NCBI RefSeq assembly: GCF_036321535.1
Contig: NC_087437.1
Span: forward strand, 19,284,001 to 19,348,000
Source of the DNA: Camelus dromedarius
Lineage: Eukaryota
DNA length: 64,000 nucleotides
Direction of reading: 5' to 3'
Positions 51,569 to 63,305 of this stretch are shown one piece after another. Position 1 is the first letter of the stretch. Each line of letters starts with the position of its first letter. The notes beneath the pieces were generated by a model, which saw nothing but the letters and a program-made list of their open reading frames with translations, made no database searches and was not told the origin of the DNA. The position numbers were made by a program, and so were the translations under genes.

Positions 51569-51799
51569 GAAGGAACTATTAACATGTTAAAACCCTCCCC
51601 TGCACATCTGTCCTGTAAGAGTTAGTCCAGCCTCCAGCAGCACCCACGCTCCCGCTCCCTTCTGGCAACCCCTGAGATGAGGGTCCCCGTGGGGGTGGCT
51701 GGTTCCCCTCTCATGGGCTCTCGTGGCTCCTCTCGAAGTCACAATGACATTATTGGCTCTAACTGCCATCATTGATATCTGCTTTTCCCTGCCATTATT

Positions 51800-52140
51800 T
51801 TTTTCAACTGAGATGTAATTCTCATAATAAAATTCAGTCTTTTATATAGCATATTTGTTTTGAGTATGTTCACAAGGTTGTAAGACCATCACCACTAATT
51901 AAATCCAGAACATTTCCATCGCCCCCCTCCAAAGAAACCCCATACCTATTAGCAGTCACACCCATGCCGACCACTTTCTGTCTCTATGGTTTGCCTATTC
52001 TGGATGTTTTGTATAAATGACACAACATGTGGCCCTCCGTGGCTGGCTTCTGTCACTTAGCATAATGTTTTGCAAGTTCTTCCATGTCATAGTATGTATC
52101 AGTACTTTGTTCCTTTTTATGGCTGCATAATGTTTTGTGG
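51800..52140 (-). mobile_element. L1MB-like 3' end
   Basis: TTCACAAGGTTGTAAGACCATCACCACTAAT...CCAGAACATTTCCATC...TTTGCCTATTCTGGATGTTT...TTCCTTTTTATGGCTG. Confidence 0.75.
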
Positions 52141-52755
52141 CGCAAACATCAGTGGCCTCTTTTAAATTTCATTTTACTTTGGGGCACTTGTGTATTTTTG
52201 AAGTGGCTTTAAATCCCCTGAGAAACAAGTCAGGGAACGCAGGAAAGAAGATGTGTAGGAAGGAAGCAGGGGGTCCCTGGGCTCCTCGTGGAAGAGTCAA
52301 CCCCATAATCAATGTGGTTTCATGGATCCTGTGCCGGGATGACACAGACCTGGGCACCATGGGGCCCCTCTGCTGTACCCCAAACCCCTCCTCCAAACTG
52401 CTGAAAGGGAAGGTTTTCAGAGGGGCTCCTGAAGGAGACCAAGGAGTTGAGAAGTGGCTCCCTGGAGAATGAGAGCATGAGCGAGTAGAGGAGTGATACG
52501 TACACATGCAAATGCCCATGCGCAGAAAGACACAATCCGTGTGTGTGCTCAGTGGGCCACCAAGTATGGGCGCCAGGAATTCATCAGAGAGACTCACCGC
52601 TCCCTGCTGTGCCTCCCCTGCTGAAGCGCTGCAGTCAAGTTACAGGAAGTAGGTAGTGCTGAGGGCACCTGCTCTGTGTTGTGATTCTCATGGGAACAGC
52701 CCTTGGCTGGAGACTGGGCAAACTTCTGGGTACTTCTCAGCCCCCACCAGTCTCG

Positions 52756-52759
<4 letters not shown>

Positions 52760-52803
<44 letters not shown>
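52760..52803. repeat. (TG)n microsatellite in RBP2 intron 2
   Basis: Direct read of the sequence. Confidence 0.95.
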
Positions 52804-52806
<3 letters not shown>

Positions 52807-54391
52807 CTGTGTATTAGAGTATTAGCTCTGGCTTTTTGCTTCAGGCAAAGCAGAGACCAGATGTGGAAAAGGGGATTATCTCTCTCTGCAGGGCTAAGAG
52901 CTGATCCTGGAGAGAGGGTGGGACTCGGAGGGAAGGGAGGGGAGAGGCAGAAAGGGAGGTGTTAACAGAATGAATCTTTGAAGGGTCAGGACAGGTCAAA
53001 AGGACATGATTTATTTTAGCAAGAGTGAGTTCCCTCCCATCAAAGGTGATCAAAGAATGAGTCAGAGAGGACAGGCCGGCTTTTCAACAGCCCACACCCA
53101 AAACTGAGAAGCAAGGGCAAAATGAATCATGCTGAACTGATTAGGTTAGAACAGCAGAGGGATGCAAAAGCTCTGAGACAGGCTTTCCATCAGCTCTGGG
53201 GTCTGATGCATTGACCCTGCAGCCACTAGGTTCAGAAAAGCCTCGCAGATCCATCTGCCCTGCAGGGAGGGATTCCACAAGGGGCCAGGAGCTTAGGCTC
53301 TCCTGCCAAGACCGCTCTGATGGAAGCATTTCCAAAGTGCTTTCCATTTCCCACTTTGCTTTAGCAAGGAGCACTTAACATCATTCAACCCTGACTTGGT
53401 GGCTGAGATTCTCAATGGTGCTGGACAACTTGGTTGAGAAATAGAATGTATCCTGCTCTTTTGGCTTTAGAGTCATCATCAAAGAACAAGGATAGCTCTT
53501 CCTTCCCACCCTAGGAGAGGAGCCAGAGCTCTTGTCCCTTCCTTTGGGGCAAGAGTTGAGACAGAGTTTGAAAGAGCTCCTGGAAGCACCAGAGAAGAGT
53601 GGGGGGAGGGTCCTCCTTCCTTGTGGGACTCTGAGGGGCTGGCTGTCTGCAGGGGCGAGAGCACGGATGCCTGGGCACATCCTCAGTCCGGCCCTCCTCA
53701 GCTTGGGAGCCAGGGCAGAGGTCCTGGGGCTGGGTTGGCATAAAGGGAGTGGGTGCTCCGAGGGTTCAAGCTGCCCATTCTCATGTAAACTGCATGGGCT
53801 TGCCCTGGACTGTGCAATCCCCAGGGTTCCTGTATGATGCTAAGACTGGGGAACCCTTAGGCATGGCTGAGGTTGGATTTCTCCCTATTCCTGTTTATGG
53901 GGACTGACCAAATGTAATTGGATTTGGGAAACCAAAGACATAGCACTGAGAGTGAACACTGTGACTATCAGTGGCTGGGCTGTGATACCACATGGAGACG
54001 GAGGAGGAGAAGGGGACCCGCTGTTAGCCCCGCCTTCCCGCCCCACTTCCCCCTGCTGCTGCCATTCTCTGTCTTATTTACAAAGAGCCCCTCTGGGCCG
54101 GGGCCTGCCTCTTCTGCAGACTCCTATTCTCAGGCTTGGTGACCGCTCCCCATGCTGCACTCAGAGCTGTCTGCTTGCTTTCAGGGGCCTCCCTGTATCC
54201 AAACCGTTCAAGCAGCTAGAAGCCTGCTGGCCTTTTAATGCACAGAAGATTTCCTCCATTATGTCCTGTGAGTTAAGGTGAGGCTGAGACAGGAGCCACA
54301 AGCTTGCCAGAGATTTCTCTAAGTTACCAGGGTTGAAGAAACTCTGACTTCATTTCATCTACTGATTTTTGGGTGCGATTTGCATTGCATT

Positions 54392-54861
54392 TGTGAAATA
54401 AAATTCCTATTTTATGGCAAGGCAAGAAAAAATTTAGACATAAAAAATTCTCCTCTGCCCTTTGGCCTCCTCTCTCCCCGCACTGTGCATTCTGTATCTG
54501 CATTATTCATTGACCAAACTTCCCCCATCGGCAGGAATACCTGCACAACCATACGGAGCAATGTTCTCCGAGCCTCAACAAGAAAACTCCTTAAAAGGTA
54601 ACATTCTTCTTGATATTGTAAGGGATCACATGACCCACCAGGATGGCACTTAGATCTGGATTATATAACTGCCACTAACACATCATTTGATGCACAGCCC
54701 ACTGTCTCAAAAAAACTTATAAAACTGTGCCTTGATTTCTAATAGGGGGGTCAGGTCTCAGAGCTTTCTGAGATGCTCTTCCTGGGTTATAGTCCTCAGA
54801 TTTGGCCCTAATAAAATTCTCCATTTCTTTCTTAGATCGACTGATTAATTTTTTGTCAATG
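54392..54861 (+). mobile_element. Probable ERV1-class solo LTR in RBP2 intron 2 (antisense to RBP2)
   Basis: About 470 bp starting with TG. TATAAAA at 54718-54724, AATAAA at 54810-54815, T-rich U5, and 4-bp CATT flanking repeats. The terminal CA appears mutated. Confidence 0.6.
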
Positions 54862-55362
54862 CATTTAAAAAATTTAATCAGTTGGGGTCATCTGAAATTG
54901 AGATAGTTCATATAAAAACATTAGCTCTCAACATCTCTTGAAAAAAAATTCTAGCAATGTGAGACCCCAGTCTTCACGTCAATGCTTGACTGGTGCTTTA
55001 GCCCCCGGGACAGAGCCATGCGCTCCAGCTGACACCATCACCGTCCGCCCTCTGGTTCCACCCGGCTCTCTTCACTTTGCCTCCCAGGCCCATGTCAGTC
55101 TGTGAGTCGGCTTCCTACCCCAGATCCTGGAGAGGTCAGCATCCTTTAATCTATCCTTGGCCGATAATCTTCATGCAGAGCCAGCCTGCCTCTTCCCACT
55201 AAACTTTAAGTAACCGCTTATTGCCAACATCATTAAGTCCATTCTGGTCCCCCTCTCCTGAGGGCCTCCCAGGTTGATTCTGTCATCTTTTTTCATTGTG
55301 AAGCCCAACAGACAGCCCCTGCACCAAGAGCGAATGAGTGAAAACGCCACTGGGGTCAGTAC

Positions 55363-55541
55363 CTTAACATTCCGGTTGTCCAGACCCTTTGTGTACTCGT
55401 CAAACTCCACCCCGACCGTGAAGTCTACGTTATAGTTACGGAACGTGCTGTTGGTTTTTGTCTTGAAATTATCACCGTCTTGCTCGATGATCTTGGTCTG
55501 AATCAGATGGACGGCGATCTTGCGGGTGGCAAAATCAATAT
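55363..55541 (-). CDS. RBP2: RBP2 (cellular retinol-binding protein II) exon 2, 179 nt
   Basis: ccaacag acceptor (phase 1) and AAG|gtactg donor. Encodes (D)[59 protein letters not shown], a CRBP-II sequence, within the typical iLBP/FABP 4-exon structure. Confidence 0.97.
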
Positions 55542-56053
55542 CTGTTGGCAAAAGGAGTGGTGGATGTTATGATGTGCTCGGCCAGACTCATTCATTTCTC
55601 TAACAAGGTCAGACATTCAGGACCAGAGACGTGGGTCTCAGGCAGGCCATCTTTCTCTGCTTAAGTGGGAAGCAAGGGTTGTCTTGCATGTGGCCGTTTT
55701 GGATATCTCTGTCAACTGCTGGGAAACCTAGGGTTTCTGGGCACCTCCTCAGGAGCCCTGATGGGAGTGGGGAGGTAGCAGGCAGGGCTCACCCCGAGCT
55801 GCAAATCCCTGCTGTGCATGCGTACACACACACACACACACACATGCGCACACACTCACATGCACACACCCCTCCACCACAGCAGCCCCCATTCTGTTTG
55901 ACATATTGGTTTCCTCCTAAGAGTCTGCTAAACAGAAGACTTTATGGTTTAAAAGGAAAGACACTGTTTAAAAACAATCAGTCTAGATCATAGGTAAAGA
56001 CGGAATTTTGTTAATGTCCATAGCAGGGCAGTATATGTACAAACTTCCATTTT

Positions 56054-56167
56054 GGGGGGAGGGGCAGTAATTAGATTTGTTTATTTATTTAGTGGAGGTA
56101 CTGGGGATTGAGCCCAGGACCCCAGGCATGCTAAGCACGTGCTCTACCACTGAGCTGTACCCTCCCT
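56054..56167 (-). mobile_element. vic-1-like SINE in RBP2 intron 1 (sense to RBP2)
   Basis: Reverse-complement tRNA-Ala-like head. 13-bp TSD AAACTTCCATTTT at 56041-56053 and 56171-56183. Confidence 0.9.
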
Positions 56168-56484
56168 GCTAAACTTCCATTTTTACAGCAGACTGGGCAG
56201 CTGTTCTTCTAGACTATTCTGCCTTCTTCATGGCCCCCCAGCACAGCTCAGGCATATTCCAGACACTTAACAGACACTTGCTCAGAGATTTCTTTTGCTG
56301 TTTTTAAGGAAAAGATGAATAATTATTTGTATTTTTATTATGAGAAATTTCAAACAAACCAAAGTACAGGGGAAAGTACAAGGAGCCGAGCACACTCATC
56401 ACCCAGATTCAACAATTATCAAATTTTTGCTGCATTCACTCTGCTTACATCTTTTCTTTGCCTTGATATTTTAAAGGGAATCTT

Positions 56485-56687
56485 TTTTTTTTTTTAATTG
56501 AAGTATAGTCAGTTTATAATGCGTACTCAATTTCTGGTGTACAGCATACTGTTTCAGTCATACATATGCATACATATATTCCTTTTCATATTCTTTTCCA
56601 TTATAGGTCACTACAGGATACTGAATATAGTTCTCTGTGCTATATAGTAGAAGCTTGTTTATCTGTTTTATATATAGTAGTTAGTTC
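56485..56687 (-). mobile_element. Lineage-specific L1 3' end, 5'-truncated, same family as 24327-24517
   Basis: PolyT then AATTGAAGTATAGTCAGTTTATAA...; 12-bp TSD AAAGGGAATCTT at 56473-56484 and 56688-56699. Confidence 0.85.
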
Positions 56688-59679
56688 AAAGGGAATCTTA
56701 TTCATTTCTTAGAGACTGTTTAGTGAGTAAAAGGGAGCATGCCTTTCAACAGAGTGTTTCATTTCCTCAGCTCTGCATTTTACAGCAAGAAGCTAAGTGC
56801 TGAGCCCACCACCTCCTGCTAACCTCTGGTTGTGCATAAATTGTCCCCCAAGCCAAAATTTCACTGTCTGGTGGAACAGATGTAGAAACAGAGGATAGTT
56901 CTGAAGCTACTAAATTTCTCTCCTTGCTACGAACATCTTTAAGCTTTTGGTCTCTTCCCAGATTGTATTTGACATTTGACCCCCTTTATGCCTGTGAATT
57001 CTCCAGGTGACTTTGGATGCCAATCTAAATCTTTGTTTTCTAGAATTCAGTCTGTAAGATTTCAAAAATACTGAGATTGAGTCTATCATAACCCAAGGTA
57101 AGAATGACCTCAGGAGGAAGGACAGTTCAGAGTCACTGAGTGCTGTTTCTTGGAGAATTCCAGGCCCATCTGTGGTAGATAGGTGAGTAAGCTTCACACT
57201 GTGCTGTCTGGTGGGGGAGAAATACCATTGAGCCCATGAGGAGGACCAGCAGCTCCCAACAGTTCATGGAGCTCCTGTCAATTTAGAGAATGGACGTCTC
57301 CGATGGTCACATCCCCACCCCTTCTGCTGCCCTGCCATGGTAGCCAAGCATCATTCCACCCACCCTCTCTCCCCATATCCTTGCTGACTCATTTCTTTCT
57401 GAATCCCTCTTTGGTCACTGTCACTTTCCTTTTCCCAAAAGACCAAGAAGAAGCCCAGGCTGGACCACAACAGAATCTGGGAAGGATCCTGGATGGTTTT
57501 TTGGATCCTAAAATGTATAAAGCCTGCTTTTATCATAAGGGAAAAATTTCAAGTAATATCAGGCAGCCCAGAAGGTCAAAGGCTTACCTGTATCCTAAGT
57601 TGAAAAGAGAAATAGGTTCAAATTGGCATGAGCTGGTACGTGTATGCCAGTGCCTTGCTCAATTATTGTTCACGACTATTGGTTGAGAACCTGCCACATC
57701 TGAGAATTCACCAGTGGGTCCCAGAGCTGGCCACTGATCAAGATCACCTGGGAAGATGTAAAAAGTACAGATTTCTGGGCCTTATCTCAGACCCAGAATT
57801 TCTGGGTGGTTTTAGACCTTTCCTCATCGGCGGCTGTTTGGAGGAAGACTTCAATAGTTTAAGAAATTTGAAAGTCACTATTTAAGCACCTACTCCCCAT
57901 GTCATAGGGGATGACACGGAGGCCCAGAGAGGTTAGTGACTTGTCTCAACGTACACAGTTGAAAAAACAATCACAAAATTTCGATAATTGGATGGATGCA
58001 CAGAAGATCAAGTTGGGAGGCCAAAACAGTGGTTTTGACCTTGAGTAACCAAGGTAGAGCCAAGAAAGTAAAGAAAGAATTTATGGAGGAACATAGGAGC
58101 TAGGTTTTAAGTAAGGTGACCCCAGGGCCATGCTGTGTGGACCCATGGTAATATTTGGGGTGATAGTTAAGACATACTTTGGAACGAATCAGGAATGGTG
58201 CCCCATGGTGGAACCTCCCTTGGGAAACTTCACTCACTTCATTCTCCCAAGAAAACCACGAGATAAGTACTATCTCCATTTTACCAATGAGGAACCCATG
58301 TCACTGCCATGAGTTATAACCCCCAAAATTCTTAAAAAGCGGGGGCAGTGCTCATGGTCAATTAAGTTTGGGAAATGAGGAATTAAATCCAGGCTCATTG
58401 TTGCACTGAAGAGGTTCACAGAGCCTTTCATCTGGGAAAGATGCTTTGTGACTCTAAGAGCAGGACGCAGGATGCAGCCTTTGCCAATCTCTGGGGACAT
58501 AGAACTCTCCATGGTGGGACATCCAGCTGGCCAAGGGTTCCACAGGACACGATACACAAAGGGCTGACAAAAACCCCTTCTGAGACATCTCTCTCTGTCA
58601 CCTGGGCCCTGCAATTACAGAAATGTCTCCTGTTTAATTTTTTTCCCTTTAAGGCAACTGCTGGCCTGTTTGGAAAGGAAAAGACTAGCAGGACCAAGTA
58701 GTCAAGTATTTCTGACCTAAAAATGAATCCTTCCATAAAATTGCTAAAAAGCTGCAAAAAAAAAAAAAAAAAAACCAAAAAAACAAAAAGTCACCCCCAC
58801 TCCAGTTGGTATCAACACATGCTCATCTTAGGCAGAGGCCGACATGTCACACTCCAATTCGCATCTCTGTCCTTCTGCCCCAGAAACACAGCCTAATGAC
58901 GCCTGTGTGTCTAACTTCGGTCCCATCACCAGACACTAGGGTCCAGATCTGGAAGCAGCAGAGAGCAGTGGCCGGATGTGGGACTAGTATTAACTGCATC
59001 AGGCTATTTGGAGGATTAAATGTGATGGTATCTGTGAAGAGGTCTGCCCAGTGGCTGGTGACTTATGGTAACAGCCCCATAAATGGGAGCTGTTGGTATC
59101 CTCATAATTAACCCTCTGATCTCGCAGGCTGGTTTCCTTGGAGTCCTCTGCATTTTCTGGGATGCTCCCTGTGTATCTGCCCCCTGAATCCCCGCCCCTC
59201 TCCTCCCAACCCTGGCCTTGACTTCTTGAGTGTTCTGCCCTCTCTTGCCTCCTTCCTCACCTGCTTTCCAGGCCACATGTTTTCACCCTCCCTGCTCCCA
59301 AGACACAACCTGGCATTTTCCTCTGACTTTTTCATGGGGTTTATTGTTCTCATCTCCAAAGTCTCACCTCTATGGGGACAAGGACAATGTTGCCTCTTTG
59401 CTCTGTGTCCCCATAGAACCAGGTCCAGGCCTGGGCACACAGTAGGAGCTCAGAATACACCTGTGGATTGGTTAACGTGGGCACTGTGGTCTAGGACAGC
59501 GCTTCTCTAAGTGAGGCCCCTGGGCTGGCACCACCACAGCATGGGGGAAGCTCTTAGAAAAGTGAATTCTGGGATCCACCCTAGCCCTCCTGCAGGGGGT
59601 TGGGCCCTTCTTGTTTTTACAAGCCTTCAGGCAATTCTGTGAGTGGCTCAGTTTAGAACACCTGGTATAAAAAAGCGTG

Positions 59680-59880
59680 GGTCAGATCTGGGTATAAATC
59701 CCGGCCCTGATTTCCTAGCTGTGAGACTTCAGAGAAGTCTCTTTCCCTTTCTGAGCCTCAGTTTCTCACAGTAAATTGGGGAAAGAGTGCTCATCTCATA
59801 GGGTTATTTATGTAAGGATTCAGTTTAAATGATGGTAAAATGCTTTGCACAGTGCTGAGGAGCTGGTGGGTATTTGATGC
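59680..59880 (+). mobile_element. MIR SINE
   Basis: CTAGCTGTGAGAC...TCTGAGCCTCAGTTTCTC...TCTCATAGGGTT. Many further MIR relics exist, e.g. near 6365, 25790, 33600, 36225, 38690, 42760 and 46300. Confidence 0.7.
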
Positions 59881-60310
59881 ATGCTGGCCTCCACCCCTTG
59901 GCCTTTTCTGCTCTGGTCAAACTGGCCAGATCAGCATTCAGTCTGGAGTGAAATATTCGGGTCCTATTTACGCATCTCCACAGCCACCTGCCACTCCAAG
60001 CCGTCCAAGGGTCCTGGACTCTGAAGGGACAGTCAGAACAGTGGCTGATCCGCTCTCTCCTCACATAGCCCTGACCTGTCACACAGGCGTTTCATCCAGC
60101 CTGGTCAAACCTCTCTCATGTTGACCAGTTCCCTCACTCCATCGTTTGACCAAAGGGTAGAAACAACTTCAGTTCCTGCTCTAGCCCTCTGAGCTTAGTG
60201 AGGTCCACGCTGTGCTAAACCACACCTGAGCTACAGTTAGGAGGTGAGGAAAGAAACCACAGGTCATGTGCTATCCAGATGAAACAAAGGGAGGGTACCA
60301 GGCAAAACTA

Positions 60311-60553
60311 CAGTTGACCCTTGAATGACATGATTTGAACTGCAGAGGTCCACTTACATGTGGGTATTTTTCATTAATAACCATAAAACTACACCACCTG
60401 TGGTTGGTTAAATCTGCAGATGCAGAGCTGTAGATTTGGAGGAACTGCGTATATATGGAGGGCTAACCATAAATTACATGTGAATTTTCGACTGCACGAC
60501 GGGTCAGCACCCCTAACGCTCTTCCCCAACCCCCATTGTTCAAGGGTCAACTG
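60311..60553. mobile_element. TcMar-Tigger MITE (MER8-like)
   Basis: Perfect 15-bp TIRs CAGTTGACCCTTGAA / TTCAAGGGTCAACTG flanked by TA on both sides; 243 bp. Confidence 0.9.
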
Positions 60554-62419
60554 TACTAAGGAAGAATTGGGAATTACAGAGAAACTTAGAACTCTAAATT
60601 TAAGCAGTCCTCAGAAAGCAAGTCTATTTTTACTCCACAAATGTGGAAATCATAGCCCAGAGAATTTAAGTGACCAATTTAGAATTACCCAGCTAGGATA
60701 GCGCTCCTGACAGGATGCCTACAAATATGTTCTGTTTATCATTCACAATTAAGTCTCCTCTAACACATTATTGCTTGTTCCTCATTGCTTAGAGAGGTAC
60801 ATAACAGCTAAAAATGTCTATTGCTGAGAGAACTGGTTTGTCCTGGAAACCGTCCGCAGTCAATCTTTCTGGCCAGAGCCAGGGAATCTTATTAGGAGTT
60901 CTATGCAGATTGAATTAAGCATCGCTTCTTCTCCGGATTGAAAAATGGCTTGGCCGCTTGGCCACCCTTTACCATGTGCACAGGCTAGTTAATCATGTCA
61001 CCTCTGCTCCACTGTGGGGAAGGGAACCAAACATTCTGTTGGTGCATTTCGTGGTATTTCTAATCAAAAGGAAAGGTTTAACTGTAGTGGTCAAATACAG
61101 AGGCATACACATACAGATTCCAAAACCACTTCTTGGTATTTTGCAGGGAAAATTATTTTCCTCATACGGTATTTTAACACCAGGGTTATCAAATATGTTT
61201 GATCTGCTTTCCTGGATTAAAGGTATCTCCAAGCCTGATTTATAGCCAGGTGAAATGAATTTCTATCTCAGAGGAAAAGGTCCAAAGGCAAGCTATTTCT
61301 GAATAATATATATGGCTTGTAGCTGCTGCAGAAGGGGGAAAAAAAACCTAACAACACTGAAGTGACTTTATTAAACCATACTTTTCATAACTGCATTTTG
61401 AACAATGCAAGCCATAAAGTTGAAATATGAGTGTGCTCCTCAACGCTAAAACGCTTTGTAATGTGCTTGTGGAAAAAGCTAAAGTTGTAGGCTAAAAGGG
61501 CAGGCGCGCTTTGTAAATTAAAGAACAGACATGCACACGTATTCATCACATGAAATCTGAGACCTCTTCCAAGTGCAGCGGCCACGGGCCTTGAACCTGG
61601 ACTCCTTAACTCACAAATCATCAGCACTCAGGCGACTGTGAGAAGCAGAGTGCAAAGGCAATCTTCTGCATCTTTCCATGCCATTTCCTCCCCTGCATAA
61701 CATGAGGGAGGAACTGGACTTGCCGTGTCTGCCTCTTCCTCTCTCACCTTCACGGATGTCTCTGAATATGTTCAAAATTTTTCCTCAGCCAGCAGAGGCG
61801 GGCTAGAGACCCTGGGATGCCTCCCTGCTCCCCTGTACTTTTCACCTCCCCACCCACAGTCTAGTGCTCACCATTGGGGTGGGGGTCAGAGTGGAGGGGC
61901 TGCCGGAACACGTAAGGGGAGACCCATAGGAAGGGACCAAACTTACCTTCACCGGTGCTTTTCCCACCACAGCACTGTCCCTATTTGAAAGTCCAACCAG
62001 ATGCCACACAGTTCAAGGAAAGACTTTGGCAAGTGTATAACTTCACAGATTTGTGAGCCCTAACAGGAATCCAAATGTGGTGAAACTAACTCTTCCTTGG
62101 GTCAGCATTCATTCATTAATTTCTACCCAGGGACTCGGAGTGACTCCCTTGCAATGTTTCTGAGGGTCCTGCCTGTCTACTTTGGAGGTCCCCAACCTGA
62201 CGAACTCTGCTCAGAATGAAGCTCCCCCTCCCCTAACCTCATACTTAGTACCCACGCCTGGAACAGTGCACTGACCACTGCTTGGGGGTTAGAAGCAGAC
62301 AGACTGGGCTCCTGTCTGAGCAACACCATTTTCCAGCCACAAGTGACCCCAGGAAAGTTCCTCCACTTCTCTGGCCTTCAGATTCCTCACTCCTTAAAAT
62401 GGCAGGCATTCCTTTTGCT

Positions 62420-63305
62420 TTATCCATGATGATACCCTGAGCTCCAGATCGTCTATCCAGATGCCAATTTTAATACTCCACTTGGATGTGTCATGGGCAT
62501 CTGAAATCAAATATGAAAATCAGAATTCTTAATGCACTCCCCCGTGCCCAGCACCTTGGTCCAAACTCACTCCTCCCCGTGTCTTCCCACTGTCAGCCGA
62601 TGGGGTCACCATCTCCCAGCTATTTGGACCTAAGCCTGGGGGCCATCTTCACTTCTTCCACGTCCTCTACCTTCTCATCCATCTGCAAGCCCTGTTGGCT
62701 TTATCTCCAAAATATACATTGAATCTGTCCTCTGTTCTCCAGCCCCTGGCACTGCCCCCGTCTGAGCCACCATCATTTCTAGCCTTAACAACCCAGCAGC
62801 CTCCTTAGTGGGCCTCCCTGTTTCCAGTCTTGCCCTCCTGTGATGCATCCTCCACACTGTACCCACAGTGATCCTTAAAGAATGTAAGCAAGGTGGATTA
62901 AGTCTGCCCATCATAAGGCCTGACCTTCCCCTGTTTTCACCACACCCCCAGCACACCAGCCTTCTGTACGTTTCTTAAACACACCCAGAGCCTTCACACT
63001 CACTGTCCCCTGTGGCGGGAACAAAACTTCTCAGCGTTCAAGCCTCAGCTCCCGTGTCACCTCCTCAGACAGCCTTCCCTGACCGCCCATCCCTTTCCAT
63101 GCAATAATTCCTTTTTATTTCCTATAAAGCACTTACCACTACCTGAAATCATCTTAAACTATTACCCTCTCTCTCTTCCGCTAGCAAGCACACTCCATGG
63201 AGGGCACGGAACTTGCTGCCTCGTGTACTACCCTGTCACCAATGCCTGGAGCACTTCTAGACATGTGGTAGGTGCTCAGTACATTTGTGAAAACTGAATT
63301 AATTA
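62420..63305 (+). mobile_element. L2 3' fragment
   Basis: CTCCACTTGGATGTGTCATGGGCATCTGAAA...CTCCAAAATATA...CCACCATCATTTCT...GTAGGTGCTCAGTACATTTGT...TGAAT is a typical L2 3' region. Confidence 0.75.

Noticed and set aside
55238..55251. Minus-strand GGGACCAGAATGGA, encoding DQNG like the RBP2 N-terminus
   Set aside because: It lies downstream of exon 2, has no fitting ATG, and similarity does not continue into TWEMESN. Treated as chance; true exon 1 was not found in the window.
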